Below, one piece after another: positions 39,485-52,330 of a DNA stretch of 64,000 nucleotides. The position numbers were made by a program, and so were the translations under genes. Each line of letters begins with the position of its first letter. Within the stretch, counting starts at the first letter, position 1. This DNA comes from Octopus sinensis (taxonomy: Eukaryota): assembly GCF_006345805.1 (NCBI RefSeq), contig NC_043008.1, positions 43,462,001 through 43,526,000 of the forward strand, read 5' to 3'. Below the pieces are notes generated by a model, which was given only the letters and a program-made list of their open reading frames with translations, was not told the DNA's origin and made no database searches.

Positions 39485-39743
39485 ATTATTATTATTATTA
39501 TTATTATTATTATCATTATTATTATCATTATTATTGTTTTTGTTGTTGTTATGATTATTATTATTAATTTTGTTTTCCACAGGAGCACTGATGAGGAGAA
39601 CATTACATGGACAGTTTACAATTCATGTAGGGGATTTATAATAATGATCAGGATTATATCATTAATTATACCATCAAAATGTGCCTTTCCCTCTTAATTT
39701 GTTATATATTACACACACACACACACAAACAAACACATATATT

Positions 39744-39780
<37 letters not shown>

Positions 39781-39969
39781 GGAGATAATTATAAAAAAGA
39801 GGTTGAATGGAAGGGAGATAATAATCTCCTGTGTTGAGAAGGGCATTTTTGTAATTGATACCCTTCTATTGTAGCAACTGCTCAGTGGTTATAGGCAAAT
39901 ATATATATATTTATATATATATATATATATTATATATATATATATAGGCAGATATATGTATGTTTATAG

Positions 39970-40360
39970 TTAATTCGATGAAGTCATATCCTCATTCCTC
40001 ATTAGGGATTGTATAATCCAAACTATTCAACTGGCTTAATCCGTAGCGCATATAATGCGAAAGTCATTGGTGTATGTTCGGGATTATTGAAATTATCAAT
40101 ATTAAGGGGAAAACAAAAAGAAGAAAATGGAGAAGAAATGGATGTATGTTAGAAAAAGATGACATTTATAAAAAGCAGTACAAATAAATTGTTTGGAAGT
40201 TGAAAAGCTCAAAGAAAAATTAAGATAAAAAAGAACATGGGACCTACATATATGTTTCAGTCTTATCACCTAGTTGATGGGAATTTCTAAACATTTTGTT
40301 TAATGCCCAGAAAGATGCCACATTCTAACTATATTTTGATAGAACTTCGTCAGGATTCAC
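39970..40360 (-). mobile_element. ~390-bp hammerhead-bearing element flanked by (TA)n
   Basis: Hammerhead at 40240-40358; 3' end ATTAAC|TATA like the 22.4 kb element. Confidence 0.6.
40240..40358 (-). ncRNA. Type I hammerhead ribozyme candidate, intact core, 68-nt loop II
   Basis: GAAUC-CUGACGA-AGUUCUAUCA[68 nt]UGAUAAGACU-GAAA-CAUAUAUGUA^GGUCC; stem II 9/10 pairs; stem III palindrome ACAUAUAUGU. Confidence 0.7.
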
Positions 40361-41784
40361 ATATATATATATAGCTCATGCAACTTAGGTAATCAGTTCA
40401 TCTTTTGAGAGTAGTGTAGAGTATTAGTGGGTTAGAAGTTAAAAAGGTGTGTATTGAAATTGTATTTGATTGGTAGGTTTTGAATATTTGTGTATATACT
40501 GTATACTATATATTATAATTAAGAAACAGATAGATAAATAAAAGGATAAAAAGATAAGTGCTAACTGACTGACTTGAAGTCCCAATCAACAAGAATATAC
40601 TAGAATATACTAGAATATACTAGAATATACTTTTATTTCTATAAAAAAAACTTTATTCATGAAAAATATAGTTGAATTATGAAAGTTATTACAATTTTGG
40701 GGGTGTAATAACTACCGCTAAATTAGTATATAATACGAGTGTATGGTATTTGGTATCTAAAGTCGGATAGAATATCATATTTTCTATTTGCTAATAATAA
40801 ATCGTTACTCACAGACAGCCCAAAGGGTACCTTTTGCGTGACTTCTTTGAATTGTCACTCGACATACTGTGCTGCATTTAATTCGCCATATCTTTACCTG
40901 TAGTGAACATTGATACTTCATTTTCTAAATGTTCTTCACCGCTTCAAACCCAATATGCGTGTTTGCCTTATAATTTCTTAAATTACAAATTTCCCCAGAG
41001 ATGTGTATCCACCTTACGGAAATGACAGAAATTATGCTATCATGGAAAATTATTTGTTTTATGCATTTTTATTTTGCCAAATAGCAAGACTAAACGAATG
41101 AGTAATAAAAATAGCTCTTCAACATGGTGAGAGCGTCGTGGATGACGATGAGAATATTTACCGGAAGAGGAAAATTCAGATATCTGAATCTGCAACGAAC
41201 AGAAGTTAGAAGAAGCCGACTGACATTTAAGCGATATTTTCAAAACAACAAAACAGAGGCGTGTCGAAACAAGTGTAACAACATCAATAATGGATGTAAA
41301 TAAATTGTCAGCGAAAGAGAAGGGAGACGATAGACCACGTAGATGTGATATAGACCAGCAGGAGGGAAGTGGAGTCTTAAAAAGTGCGAGAAAAAGAGAA
41401 CTACGCGGAAGGAAAATATGAATTAAAGAAAAATGAAAAAAGTTTACCTTCGGAGAATAGGAAGAGAGAAGAAAGGAGAAAGAATATGAAGGTTGCGACG
41501 CAGTGTAACCAACGACGATTCCGAATTCTAGATAAAAGCATGGTTTAACAATTTAATATTCTATGGGAATATTACGATACCTTAAGATTCTCAAATAAAC
41601 CACTGAACAGTTTCCACTATAGAAGGGTATCAATTCTAGACTTAACAAAAATGCCCTTCTCAGCACAGGAGGTTATTATCTCCCTTCCATCCAACCTCTT
41701 TTTTTTATAATTATAACCCTTTACATACAAACATACATATATATAATATATATATATATATAATGTGTGTGTGTGTGGTGTGTG

Positions 41785-41962
41785 TGTGTGTTTCGGTGTC
41801 TGGGTTTTCCCCCTACCATCACTTGACAAATGATGTTGGTGTGTTTACATCCCTGTAACCTAATGGTTCGGCAAAAGACACCAATAGAATAAGTCCTGGG
41901 GTCGATTTCTTCGACTAAAGGCGGTGCTCCAGCATGGACGCAGTCAAATGACTGAAACAAAA
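41785..41962 (+). mobile_element. SINE S2 3' half
   Basis: GGTTCGGCAAAAGAC...GGCGGTGCTCCAGCATGGACGCAGTCAAATGACTGAAACA. Confidence 0.88.
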
Positions 41963-42051
41963 TATATTATATAAATATATATATATGGGAGTGTGTGTGT
42001 GTGTATGTGCGTGTGCGTGCCTGTGTGTGTGTGTTTGTATGTGTTAAATAC

Positions 42052-42095
<44 letters not shown>

Positions 42096-42176
42096 TGTGT
42101 AAACTGTGTATGTACATATAAACACATTAGATGTGTGTGCATAAATATATATACATATATGTATATACATATACGT

Positions 42177-42243
<67 letters not shown>

Positions 42244-42929
42244 TGAGTGAGCGTTTGTGCTTGTCTGAATATTGAGAATATATATGCAGTAGATAATGTA
42301 CGCATATATACATACATGCAATGTCCTTTATATATTCAAAATTCATACATATTTTATATATACATGTGTTTGTGTTTGTACGTTGTTAAGTATGTGTCTA
42401 TGACTGCGTGTAGCCAAAAAAACAAAAACCCTAATAATAATAAATTGATGTCGAGGTCTTTTCTAAACATGGCCACCAGATGTTAGGAAAACTGTTTACT
42501 TTTCACCCGATACACTCGTGTTGTAATGCCAAACAATATATCAGTATTCCGATATCTTCATCTCAAGTGTATTCTCGGTAAATAATAGCAAATACAGAAG
42601 TCATGTCTTAAGGATTACTGCAACAATTGGATCTGTTTTCATGGCTAATTCTTCGGCTTTTCTGCAGAAATATTTTCAATGATAAACCATCTATCCGAAA
42701 CCGGCTACTTCTTGTCTTCTCCATAGGAATTCGGATTCCACATTTGGACAAAGAAATGTTCTGGAAGATGTTTTTCCATGGAACCAGTCAATGCCTTCTT
42801 TTATTTATCTCTATACAATATCTCTTCCTACGAAGAAACTTAAAGTTCGAAGAACTCGCCTTCTTTTTCTCTATCTTTCAAACGATCAATTTATCTTCTC
42901 TTTTCTACACACACACCACACACATATAT

Positions 42930-43013
<84 letters not shown>

Positions 43014-43082
43014 GGACGGATGGATAGATAGATAAGAAGACAGACATATGGACATGTACATACCTACATACATGCATATGCA

Positions 43083-43134
<52 letters not shown>

Positions 43135-43361
43135 TCTTTTACTCTTTTGATTGTTTCAGTCATTTGACTGCGGCCATGCTGGAGCAGCACCTTTTAGTCG
43201 AGCAAATCGACCCTAGGACTTATTCTTTGCAAGACTAGTACTTATTCTATCGGTCACTTTTGCCGAACCGCTAAGTAAACGGGGCCGTAAACACACCAAC
43301 ATCGGCTGTCAAGCGATGTTGGTGGGGACAAACACAGACACACAAACATACAGACACACAA

Positions 43362-43417
<56 letters not shown>

Positions 43418-43596
43418 ATATATATACATATACATATATATACGACGAGCTTCTTTTCAGTTTCCGTCTCCCAAATCCACTCACAAGGGTTTGGTCGGCC
43501 CGAGGCCATAGTAGAAGACACTCGCCCAAGGTTCCACGTAGTGGGACTGAACCTGGAACCATATGGCCGGTAAGCAAGCTACTTACCACACAGCCA
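43135..43596 (-). mobile_element. SINE S2, full length
   Basis: Homologous along its whole length to 7591-8001. Confidence 0.92.
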
Positions 43597-43861
43597 TATA
43601 TCCGTCTGTCTGTCTTGGTGTCTGCCTGTCTTCCAATCTATCAATCACTCTACGTACTTGTCCCTTTATCTCCCCATCATTTGTTCTTCACGATTTCACT
43701 CAGTAAGTTTATATGGGTTCATTCTCATCCTGTTTTATCAGACATTCATACAAAGCCTATCATACATACACACATAATATACATACATACACACATACAA
43801 ACAACTGTCACATTTGATTCAAAGGTGTCATCAGCATTATTGTTGTTGTTGTTGTTGTTGT

Positions 43862-44375
43862 AAACAGAAGCTTGGGATGAAGCAGACAGCATACCGGCAA
43901 ACATCAATGCATGGGGAAATATCCCGTAAGCAACAGAGAAGTGGCCTCTCCTGGGCCGGTGATTGATATATTACATCCCACCTAGAAGGATATGCCTTCA
44001 CTATCCAGGAACAGGAGACAGCTACTAAATAGCTGGTAAACAAGAGGGACAAAAATACCACCAAAGCTCCACGTTGTGATAGAGAATGTTGGGTTAGCTA
44101 TACCAGCGTCAAAGATATCACCCACATCATCAGCAGCTGCCCTTAATATCTACAAGATACTACCTACCCCTTTTGCAATGCTATCCACGGGAAGGATTGT
44201 CCTGACGTATACATCAAAGCCATGTCAGAACCAGCATGGATTCACACCTTTAAAATCCAGGAATATTGGTGGAACATGCCAATAGAAACAGCAGTTCGAT
44301 GCAAGTATAAGAGATTTGATATTGTTCTGTGGGACAGGAAACAAAAAGGCATGCTCTGTCTTAGAGGTCAGAGCA
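43862..44375 (+). pseudogene. R4/Dong-like fragment (post-RT region, CCHC knuckle, start of RLE)
   Basis: MHG...YITSHLEGYAFTIQEQET...CDREC...ITHIISSC...YWWN...KRFDIVLWDRK; 3 stops; preceded by (TTG)n. Confidence 0.8.
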
Positions 44376-46150
44376 AAAGAAACTGACGCGGATTCTCCAA
44401 ACCCAATCTATAAGCAGCAAAGTGAAGAATTGTGAGATATATCAAATGTTCTCCATTTGAAAGTCTTTAGATTGGTTAAAATTACCCAAATTTCCCAAGT
44501 TTAATTCCAAATAACATAAGATTCTTTAATTTACGAGATAAAGTAATTGGTTGATCGTTATCAAAGTTCAGAGTTGCATCGATACACCAAAATTGAAATC
44601 AATCTAGACAAAATTAAGTGGGGGTCTTATTTTGCGAATGAAAAAGACCAGATCCTTAAGAATCTATGAAACGCCCTCATCTTTTATTAGCTATGGTTTT
44701 TAATAACTGCTGCATATGTTATACAAAACCCTGTAGATTCAGTTACTAAAAGAATTTGGTCCAAGATGAATAATGATAATGTGGTTATATCGTGCGCTTA
44801 AGATTTGACCGATCTGTGAGCTTCGTTGTGTGCATTTATTTTGCTATTTGTTGAGGAATAGCAAATAAAAAAAATAACAATAAATAAAAACTAGTAACAA
44901 AATGGGAACTACTTGTTTAACTATTCAGGCCTCTTTTATTTCATTGCTGTTTCTTTCAGACGGGAACATCTGACAACATTCTAATTATTTGAAGCAACTC
45001 TTTCACTGAATTCACTTCTATTCCAGGTTTTATCTTATTTTCATTCACTTTTTTTTAAATCCTGGAAGCTTATTTCATCTCCCCATAAACAGCATTATAT
45101 AATTGAGATAACACTTTGAGAGATAGTTTTCTTTCTCAGAACACGCTGACTACAACTTCTGGTATATTGCTGTCATCAATCCTTTCTGATTTATTTCATC
45201 ATATCGTGCGAAAGGGATTGAGGATATTCTAATTGGATCCTTTATGTTTGAATTGGTTTCCAGTTGGATGTGTAAAATCAGAACAAAGCTGGACAGATGT
45301 GAGGCATGATTTGTCAAATACTAAGCTTCAATTTCTTCTCTTGGGTCATATAGAGAGAATGATGTAAAACTTCGACTTCCACAGGTTCTATAAAATTGGA
45401 GTCGATATTGTGGTGGATGTCTGAAATATTAATATAAAGGAAATCTGGTATATCGATTCTTTGGGATTGGCTAAACAGCGCTATACATACACATACATAC
45501 AGTCTGAGAAACGTAAAGCTAATAATTTCATAACCACCAGCAATGAAATCCCACTCCGGTATGGCCTTCGAAAAGATCATAAGAGCTTCACAGAACATGT
45601 ACTTGGGCCACCTATCAGGTCATTTACCTATAGTAGAAATGAGTTGTTATAAAGAGATTCAACTAGCTGAATAAACTGTCAGGCAAAACCTAAATTCCAG
45701 GTCTACACGAATAAATTTTACTCTTATTTCTGTATTGAGTCTCCTCATCAGTAAATGTTCCGTAGTTAAACTTGTTTTAAAATAATAATTTAATTTAACA
45801 TTTAGCTTCTATCTAACAATGCGATCAGCAATTTCTACGGCACTTGAGATACAATGCATAGCCTTAGAAACGCGCTTTTAGAGCTTACACACTAACAAGG
45901 TTAACTGATAGCATTAATTGAATATATTCAACTAACGACAGTTGTTTTTGTACTTCACACTAACTTCTGTTCATGTAATTCGATGCAGAAATACAGGTGT
46001 GTTACATAATATATTGTCGTGTGAACATCGAACAATGTATTTAAATTGCGATTTCGTATGCTTTAATAATACTTCCAGTTGAGTATGTAACATCATTTGA
46101 GTAAATATATCTTATAGGCTAACTATAAGTGTGTGCGTATGTGTGTGTGT

Positions 46151-46186
<36 letters not shown>

Positions 46187-46347
46187 TTATACTAGCAAAG
46201 GCACCCATCCTTTGAACGGTTTAAGTTGTTTTGGTGGTATTGTTTTTTCGCCAAATAATTGAACTCCCGAGAAGGTTTATGAATAGCACGGCAATCTGTT
46301 TCCGATTAACCTAGGAACGGAAAATCAAATTGAAGGCTGGTTATTGC

Positions 46348-46443
<96 letters not shown>

Positions 46444-46475
46444 GAGAGGTGTCCAAAAGTAACCGGAAACATTCT
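46444..46475 (+). mobile_element. Probable solo mariner-like TIR
   Basis: GAGAGGTGTCCAAAAGTAACCGGAA resembles mariner termini; no partner TIR found. Confidence 0.35.
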
Positions 46476-46526
46476 GTGGGACAAGCCCGTTGTAGTTCGG
46501 GCTTCTTCCGCTAGAAGCCACTTTAT

Positions 46527-46900
46527 GCGCAATGGCCCAGTGTTTAGGGCAGCGGACTCGCGGTTGTGGGATCGCGGTTTCGATTCCCAGACCGGTCGTT
46601 GTGAGTGTTTGAGTGAAAACACTTAAAGTTCCACGAGGCTCCGGCAGGTGGTTATGGTGAACTCTGCTGTACACTTTCCCCACAAATTTCTCTCACTCTC
46701 TCTTCTTGTTTCTGTTGTACCTTTATTTGAAAGGGGCCAGCCTTGTCTCACTCTGTATCACGCTGAATCTCCCCAAGAACTACGTTAAGGGTACACGTGT
46801 CTGTGGAGTGCTCAGCCACTTACGCGTTAATTTCAGGAGCAGGCTGTTCCGTGGATCGGATCAACTGGAACCCTCGTCGTCATAACCGACGGAGTGCCAC
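46527..46900 (+). mobile_element. tRNA-derived SINE family S3
   Basis: A-box TGGCCCAGTGTTTAG, B-box GGTTTCGATTCCC, ~370-bp body unrelated to S1/S2. Confidence 0.75.
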
Positions 46901-47691
46901 GTTGTATAGCAGTCACTTTCGATTTTGATGTATACACAGACATATATATATAATCATTCACAGAGACATACATTATACACTGTTCAATATCTATTCGTAT
47001 GTAGATATCACTGTTGTGTAATTCATGTATAATATTTATAAATTTATTGATTTTCAATATTAGTGTATATAATTCTGTTTAATTTAATCATAGATATATT
47101 TATCCAACAGATTAGCAAATTTATTCACATATAAATATATTTAATGAATTTATTCCCGTTAATTTTCGCAAAGATAAAACAATAATTTTATCCTTGTTTC
47201 TGCTTGCTCTTTTCAGCTTATAAACTAAGAAGATAACGATTTAAAATATTTATCCTTACTCAATATACGCAGATTATTTCGTTTACTGGGTAATGATTTG
47301 AATAGTTGCGTAACTGAAATTTTCTATCGACTTACGACCGATCGTTTTTACGACGATTGGTAGCAACAATAAATTGGGATCTTTTCACTTTGACCGGCAG
47401 ATTTTAAAAATAATTTCTTTGTAACTAAACACTTTTAAACTTCGTATACTGGTAGAATGTGTCACATAAAACATCTTTTTCTCTTGGCGTTCTTGAGAAA
47501 ATTATGTAGTTTGTAAGCTATTTCTTGTTTAATTTCTCGTATTTCGGCAATTTCAACCAATGAATGACGTCTATTGTGGTGAATACAATTACTGCTGTTG
47601 TTTGCCTGACTAGGCTTGAAAAGGGCAACGTTTTTTTAGGTAAGTAGGCAGGTAGGTAAGTAGGTAGGGAGGTAGGTAGGTAGGTATGCAG

Positions 47692-47922
47692 GGCGGCGAG
47701 CAGGCAGAAACGTTAGCACGCCTGGCGAAATGCTTAGTCGTATTTCGTCTGCCGTTACGTTCTGAGTTCAAATTCCGCAGGGGTCGACTTTACCTTTCAT
47801 CCTTTCGGGGTCGATTAAATAAGTACCAGTTACGCACTGCGGTCGATATAATCGACTTAATCCGTTTGTCTGTCCTTGTTTGTCCCCTCTGTGTGTGGCT
47901 CCTTGTGGGCGGTAAAGAAATA
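47692..47922 (+). mobile_element. SINE S1
   Basis: Full head, centre and tail to AAAGAAATAGGT. Confidence 0.9.
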
Positions 47923-48166
47923 GGTAGGTTGGTAGGTAGGTACAGATGGGTGGATGGATATCACCATACAGAACGTGGATTATCTTAAATACCCCAGATC
48001 TACTTATGCGTTATCCTAAACCTTCGCCAAATATTTCGATTAATTCCACAGACTAAAAACTCGCAGACTTTCATTATTGGCAGCAGAAGTAAACCATCAA
48101 AAGAGATCGACATTTAGAGAAGAAAATTGAATGACACGAGAAAGAAAGAAAGAAAGAAAGAAGAAA

Positions 48167-48206
<40 letters not shown>

Positions 48207-48635
48207 GAAGGAAGGAAGGAAGAAAGGAAATAAACGCTGATGTTAAGCTACTCTAATGAGAATATAATTAGTCGTTTACCACTAAATCTCTTTCTTTTTT
48301 TCTTCACTCTCTCCCCTTCTTTCTCTCCTTCTCTCCCCCTCTCTCCCATCTCTCTCTTCAGTTACCTCCCTTTGTCTTTCTTTTCGAAATTTTATTAATT
48401 TCAATTGTTTACATTAATTTTTCATGGCTTCTGATTTTGACTGAGCTTTAAGCAAATAAATTATTCACAAACTCTGCATACACGACTTAATTTGTTGAGG
48501 ACACGCTGGTTTTTATTGTACTTCGGTTACATACACACGCACACACATTCATACACACAATCACATACACATACATACACACACATATGTATAGGCATAT
48601 ATGTATAGTTGTATATATATGTATATATGTATAGT

Positions 48636-48676
<41 letters not shown>

Positions 48677-48825
48677 TACTAATTATTATTTATTGTACTT
48701 TATTGATTTTTAGAATAAAGTTTTTTATAGTATATGTTTTCTATATGGTGTGAATAACAACTTTCTTTATTGAATTGTTTAATAGAGGTTTTTCTCTAAA
48801 TTATATATACATATATATATATATA

Positions 48826-48968
48826 TCCCTTTGTATGGCGGTCATTTTTCATGGCGTTTTTCCGATGGCCGGATAACTGAGGAGATGGCGGCGTGGATTT
48901 CCACCTCGGCATCCGAAACTCGGAGTTTTATCATGGCTACCGAATAATTGTCACATATTACATTTACA
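48826..48968 (+). mobile_element. 143-bp hammerhead-bearing element embedded in (TA)n
   Basis: (TA)n on both sides; paralogue at 24513-24660. Confidence 0.85.
48866..48939 (+). ncRNA. Type I hammerhead ribozyme candidate, intact core
   Basis: Stem I GAUAA/UUAUC plus distal UGGCCG/UGGCUA; core CUGAGGA (48877-48883); stem II GAUG/CAUC plus GUGG/CCAC; GAAA (48915-48918); stem III ACU/AGU; predicted cleavage GUU^ after 48927. Confidence 0.8.
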
Positions 48969-48993
48969 TATATATCTCTGTGTGTGTGTGTGT

Positions 48994-49031
<38 letters not shown>

Positions 49032-49060
49032 CTATGTATACACATATATATATGCACATG

Positions 49061-49827
49061 TTCCACTTTCTACAGCTGTGCTTGAAAGGAATGTGTGTAG
49101 AATGTGATCGTCGCATTGACCATGAAAGAGAAAGTTGAGCAGAGAATCTGCATCAAATTTTAACAAAAGCTTGGTGATACCTGCGCAGAGACCTATGCAA
49201 AGTTTTCAAAAAGTTTTCATCGTTCTCGACACAATCAAGGAGATTTTGTGCAACTGAAACCCGAGTGTCTTTTTGGTCAACTGAAAGCAGTTTTGGCACT
49301 AACTTGGCAGACACGCATCTCATAACCAAATCTTCAGTGATAATGGACTGAACTGAACTCTAACTAATCTGCACATCCTCTGATAACTCACGGATGGTGA
49401 TTCAGCGATTTCCCCTCACAGCTGCGTGCACATCTGCGATGTTTTTCTCAGTTCTGCTGATTGTGGATCTCCTAGAACTTTCATCGATATCGACAGTTTT
49501 TTCGGCCATCTTGCAAACGTCTGAACCACTCGTACACTTGTGTGCCCCTCAAACACACCTTTCCATACACTTTCTGCAACTTTGCTTAGGCCTCTGAACA
49601 GGTATCACCATGACAACTTTCTCTGTCATAGTGAACGAGAAAATGACACGCTACACACCTTCCTTCCAAGTACTTTTTTTTAAACAGTGGAAGTGAGCTA
49701 GAACGTTAGAACTTGGTGCACTTGCACAGTAGCAATGAAGGTCAATTTGTGCCAAGCGGCTTCAATCTGTGTGCTTTAGTTTTGTTACTATAGTAACAAT
49801 CCGGATACTTACTGATCGGACCTCTTA
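49061..49827 (-). mobile_element. Mariner derivative made of two left ends joined tail-to-tail (fold-back)
   Basis: Minus copy: TIR 49801-49827 and transposase N-terminus ...QVYEWFRRLQDGR...ITIRELSE...VSAKLVPKLL...ENDENFLK; plus copy 49061-49205: MKEKVEQRICIKF*QKLGDTCAET. Confidence 0.85.
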
Positions 49828-49829
49828 TA

Positions 49830-50670
49830 GGACGAAAAGGCACTACAATGCCAGAGCCACATGAAGTGAAAGACGTGGGTATCAGTATGTGCAATGACGC
49901 ATCATTTTATATGCACATTACCAAGATGGCAGCAAAGTGCAGGCAGCTGACAGGATGGATAGATACTGAGGCCCTTCAAGACAAGAGACCAAGAAACTAT
50001 GTTGACCCTGAGGAAAACCTTTGTTATCAGATGCCTTGAATACTGCTCCCAGTTATGGTCACCACATAGTGCCAAACTAATAGTGGAGCTTGAAGCAGTC
50101 CAACGCCACTACACTAAAAAGATTGAAGCAGTGCAGCGGATGAGCTACAAGGATAGGCTGAGAAAACTGCAGCTTTACTCCCTGGAGTGAAAGCACGATA
50201 GATAAGCAATAATCTACATATGGAATACTCTAGAAGGGCCAGTACCTAAATTCGGCAGTGAGTGTTATAAAAATGCCAGAAAAGGCCTCCATTGTATTGT
50301 ACCAAAGGTACCATCCACTCCATCGAAATTCAGGAGCAGGTATTGCAAGAGTCTAGGATTCAAAGACCCACAGTTCTTCAATGCTCTGCCGCAAAAATTA
50401 AGAAATCTGCATAAGGTGGAAGTAGCTGTCTTCAAAAAGGAACTAGATATCCTCCTCTCCACAATACCCGGATGGACCAACGGACCGACATGAGGTGCAG
50501 ACGAGGGCAGCGGAGTCAATCTGCCTTATACACCAAGTGGGCCAACAGCTGGAACAAAGGCAGATACAGGACTGGTGATGTGAAACAACCCAGACTGAGG
50601 AAATCAGAAAGACTACGGTGGTGCTCCAGCATGACCGCGACCGCATGGCTGAAACTAGTAAAAGAGTAAA
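49830..50670 (+). mobile_element. CR1-like LINE (family B), decayed 3' fragment with TAAAAGAG tail
   Basis: VKDVGI...CLEYCSQLWSPHS...LEAVQRHYTKKI...LQLYSLE, collinear with the family A C-terminus; 3' double hairpin 50616-50651. Confidence 0.9.
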
Positions 50671-50718
50671 CGTGTATACGTCTGCATGTTTGTATGTATG
50701 TATGAATGTATGAATGTA

Positions 50719-50783
<65 letters not shown>

Positions 50784-51699
50784 CAGCAAAACCGAGGTTG
50801 TGAATTGAAATTGAAGCAATTCGGAAATTTAACAGGCTTACACACATACATACATACATACATACAAACATGCAGACAGCAGACAGACTGACAGATACAT
50901 ACAGACTCACATACAGACTCACATACATACACACATATATGCACGCAGGCAGATGTGTACGGCTCTGTTACATATATACGCACACAGCATTTCGTGTACA
51001 CAGACACAGAGCGATGTAAAGAGTGGGGACGACTTATACTTACGACGCTTGTTGATAAGTAAATATCGATTTTCTATTTATCAAAAGATATATTTCACTC
51101 AACTCTGGTTTGTTTTACTTCCTTTTTTTTATCTCTCTGTAGTTGTTTTTTCTTTTTCATGTTTTTTTCTAATGAAACATCTTAATCAGTATTCTCCTCT
51201 TGTGTGTTTGTCTCGTCTTATTTTCCATCCGTTTGCTGATTTACTAAACTAATTACGTCATCCTATCAATTTATTTATTCTAATTAATTGTCTCGAATAA
51301 TTTCCTGATCAATAAGAACAATGTGAGACAAAAGCTGAACGATGCTGCGCCCTCCACTAAAATTGACACAAAATGGCGACATAGAACTCTTCCTGACCAC
51401 AAGCGATTTTCTCGGCAAGCTGCTTAGTGTTCTATCCATTTAGCTACCCATGCCCACCCTTACCTAACGCAAATTAAATCTACTTTCTAAATCTAGAAAA
51501 AAATAACCTTCCACAATAAAAAGCATTATAAAAAATATACAAGCGCATAAGCTGACATATATATCAAGAAGAATAGTTGATTCAAAAAATCAAGGAATGA
51601 TCACATTAAGCACTCCCACAACAAGCCGGTTATCAGTTCACATTGTAATTAAATTATGTGTGTGTGTGTGTGCGTGTGTGTGTGTGTGTGTGTGCGTGT

Positions 51700-51858
51700 G
51701 TTTTATGAAGCTTGCTTCCCAACCACTTCGTTCCGGATTCAGCCCAACTGCGTGGCACCTGGGGCAAGTGTTTTCTTCTATAGCCTCGGGCTGACCAAAA
51801 CTTTGTGAGGGATTTTGGTAGACGGAAGCTGAAAGAAGCTCGTCGTTTATACATATAG

Positions 51859-51891
<33 letters not shown>

Positions 51892-52112
51892 TATATTTGT
51901 GTGTATTTGCGCGCTAGTGCTTGTCCCCACACCATCGCTTGACAAAGCGATGATGGTGTGTTTACCTCCCCGTAACGTAACAGGCCGGCATAAGAGACTG
52001 ATAGACTAAGTACTAGACTTACATGCAGTAGGTCCTGGGGTCAATTTGTTTGACTAAAGTCGGTGCTCCATCATGGCCGCAGTCAAATGACTAAAACAAA
52101 TAAAAACAATAA
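51700..52112 (+). mobile_element. SINE S2, 5' end eroded
   Basis: CORE-like centre, internal (TG)n, 3' GGTGCTCCATCATGGCCGCAGTCAAATGACTAAAAC. Confidence 0.85.
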
Positions 52113-52248
52113 AGGAATATATGTATATGCTTTACGAATTCCAGCTCGAGAGCTGCAATCGTGCAGAGCATTATATATACATATATATACATACATATAT
52201 ATATTTGTATATAATGTGTGTGTTGCGTGTGCATATATATATATACAT

Positions 52249-52282
<34 letters not shown>

Positions 52283-52288
52283 ATATAT

Positions 52289-52329
<41 letters not shown>

Positions 52330-52330
<1 letters not shown>

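Noticed and set aside
42660-42700. CAAUGAUAA...AUCCGAAACCGGCUA hammerhead-like spacing
   Set aside because: Core and stem II are too degenerate to call
45314-45598. 94-aa minus-strand ORF with a TTTCAG acceptor-like site
   Set aside because: No recognisable domain; alternative frames close quickly
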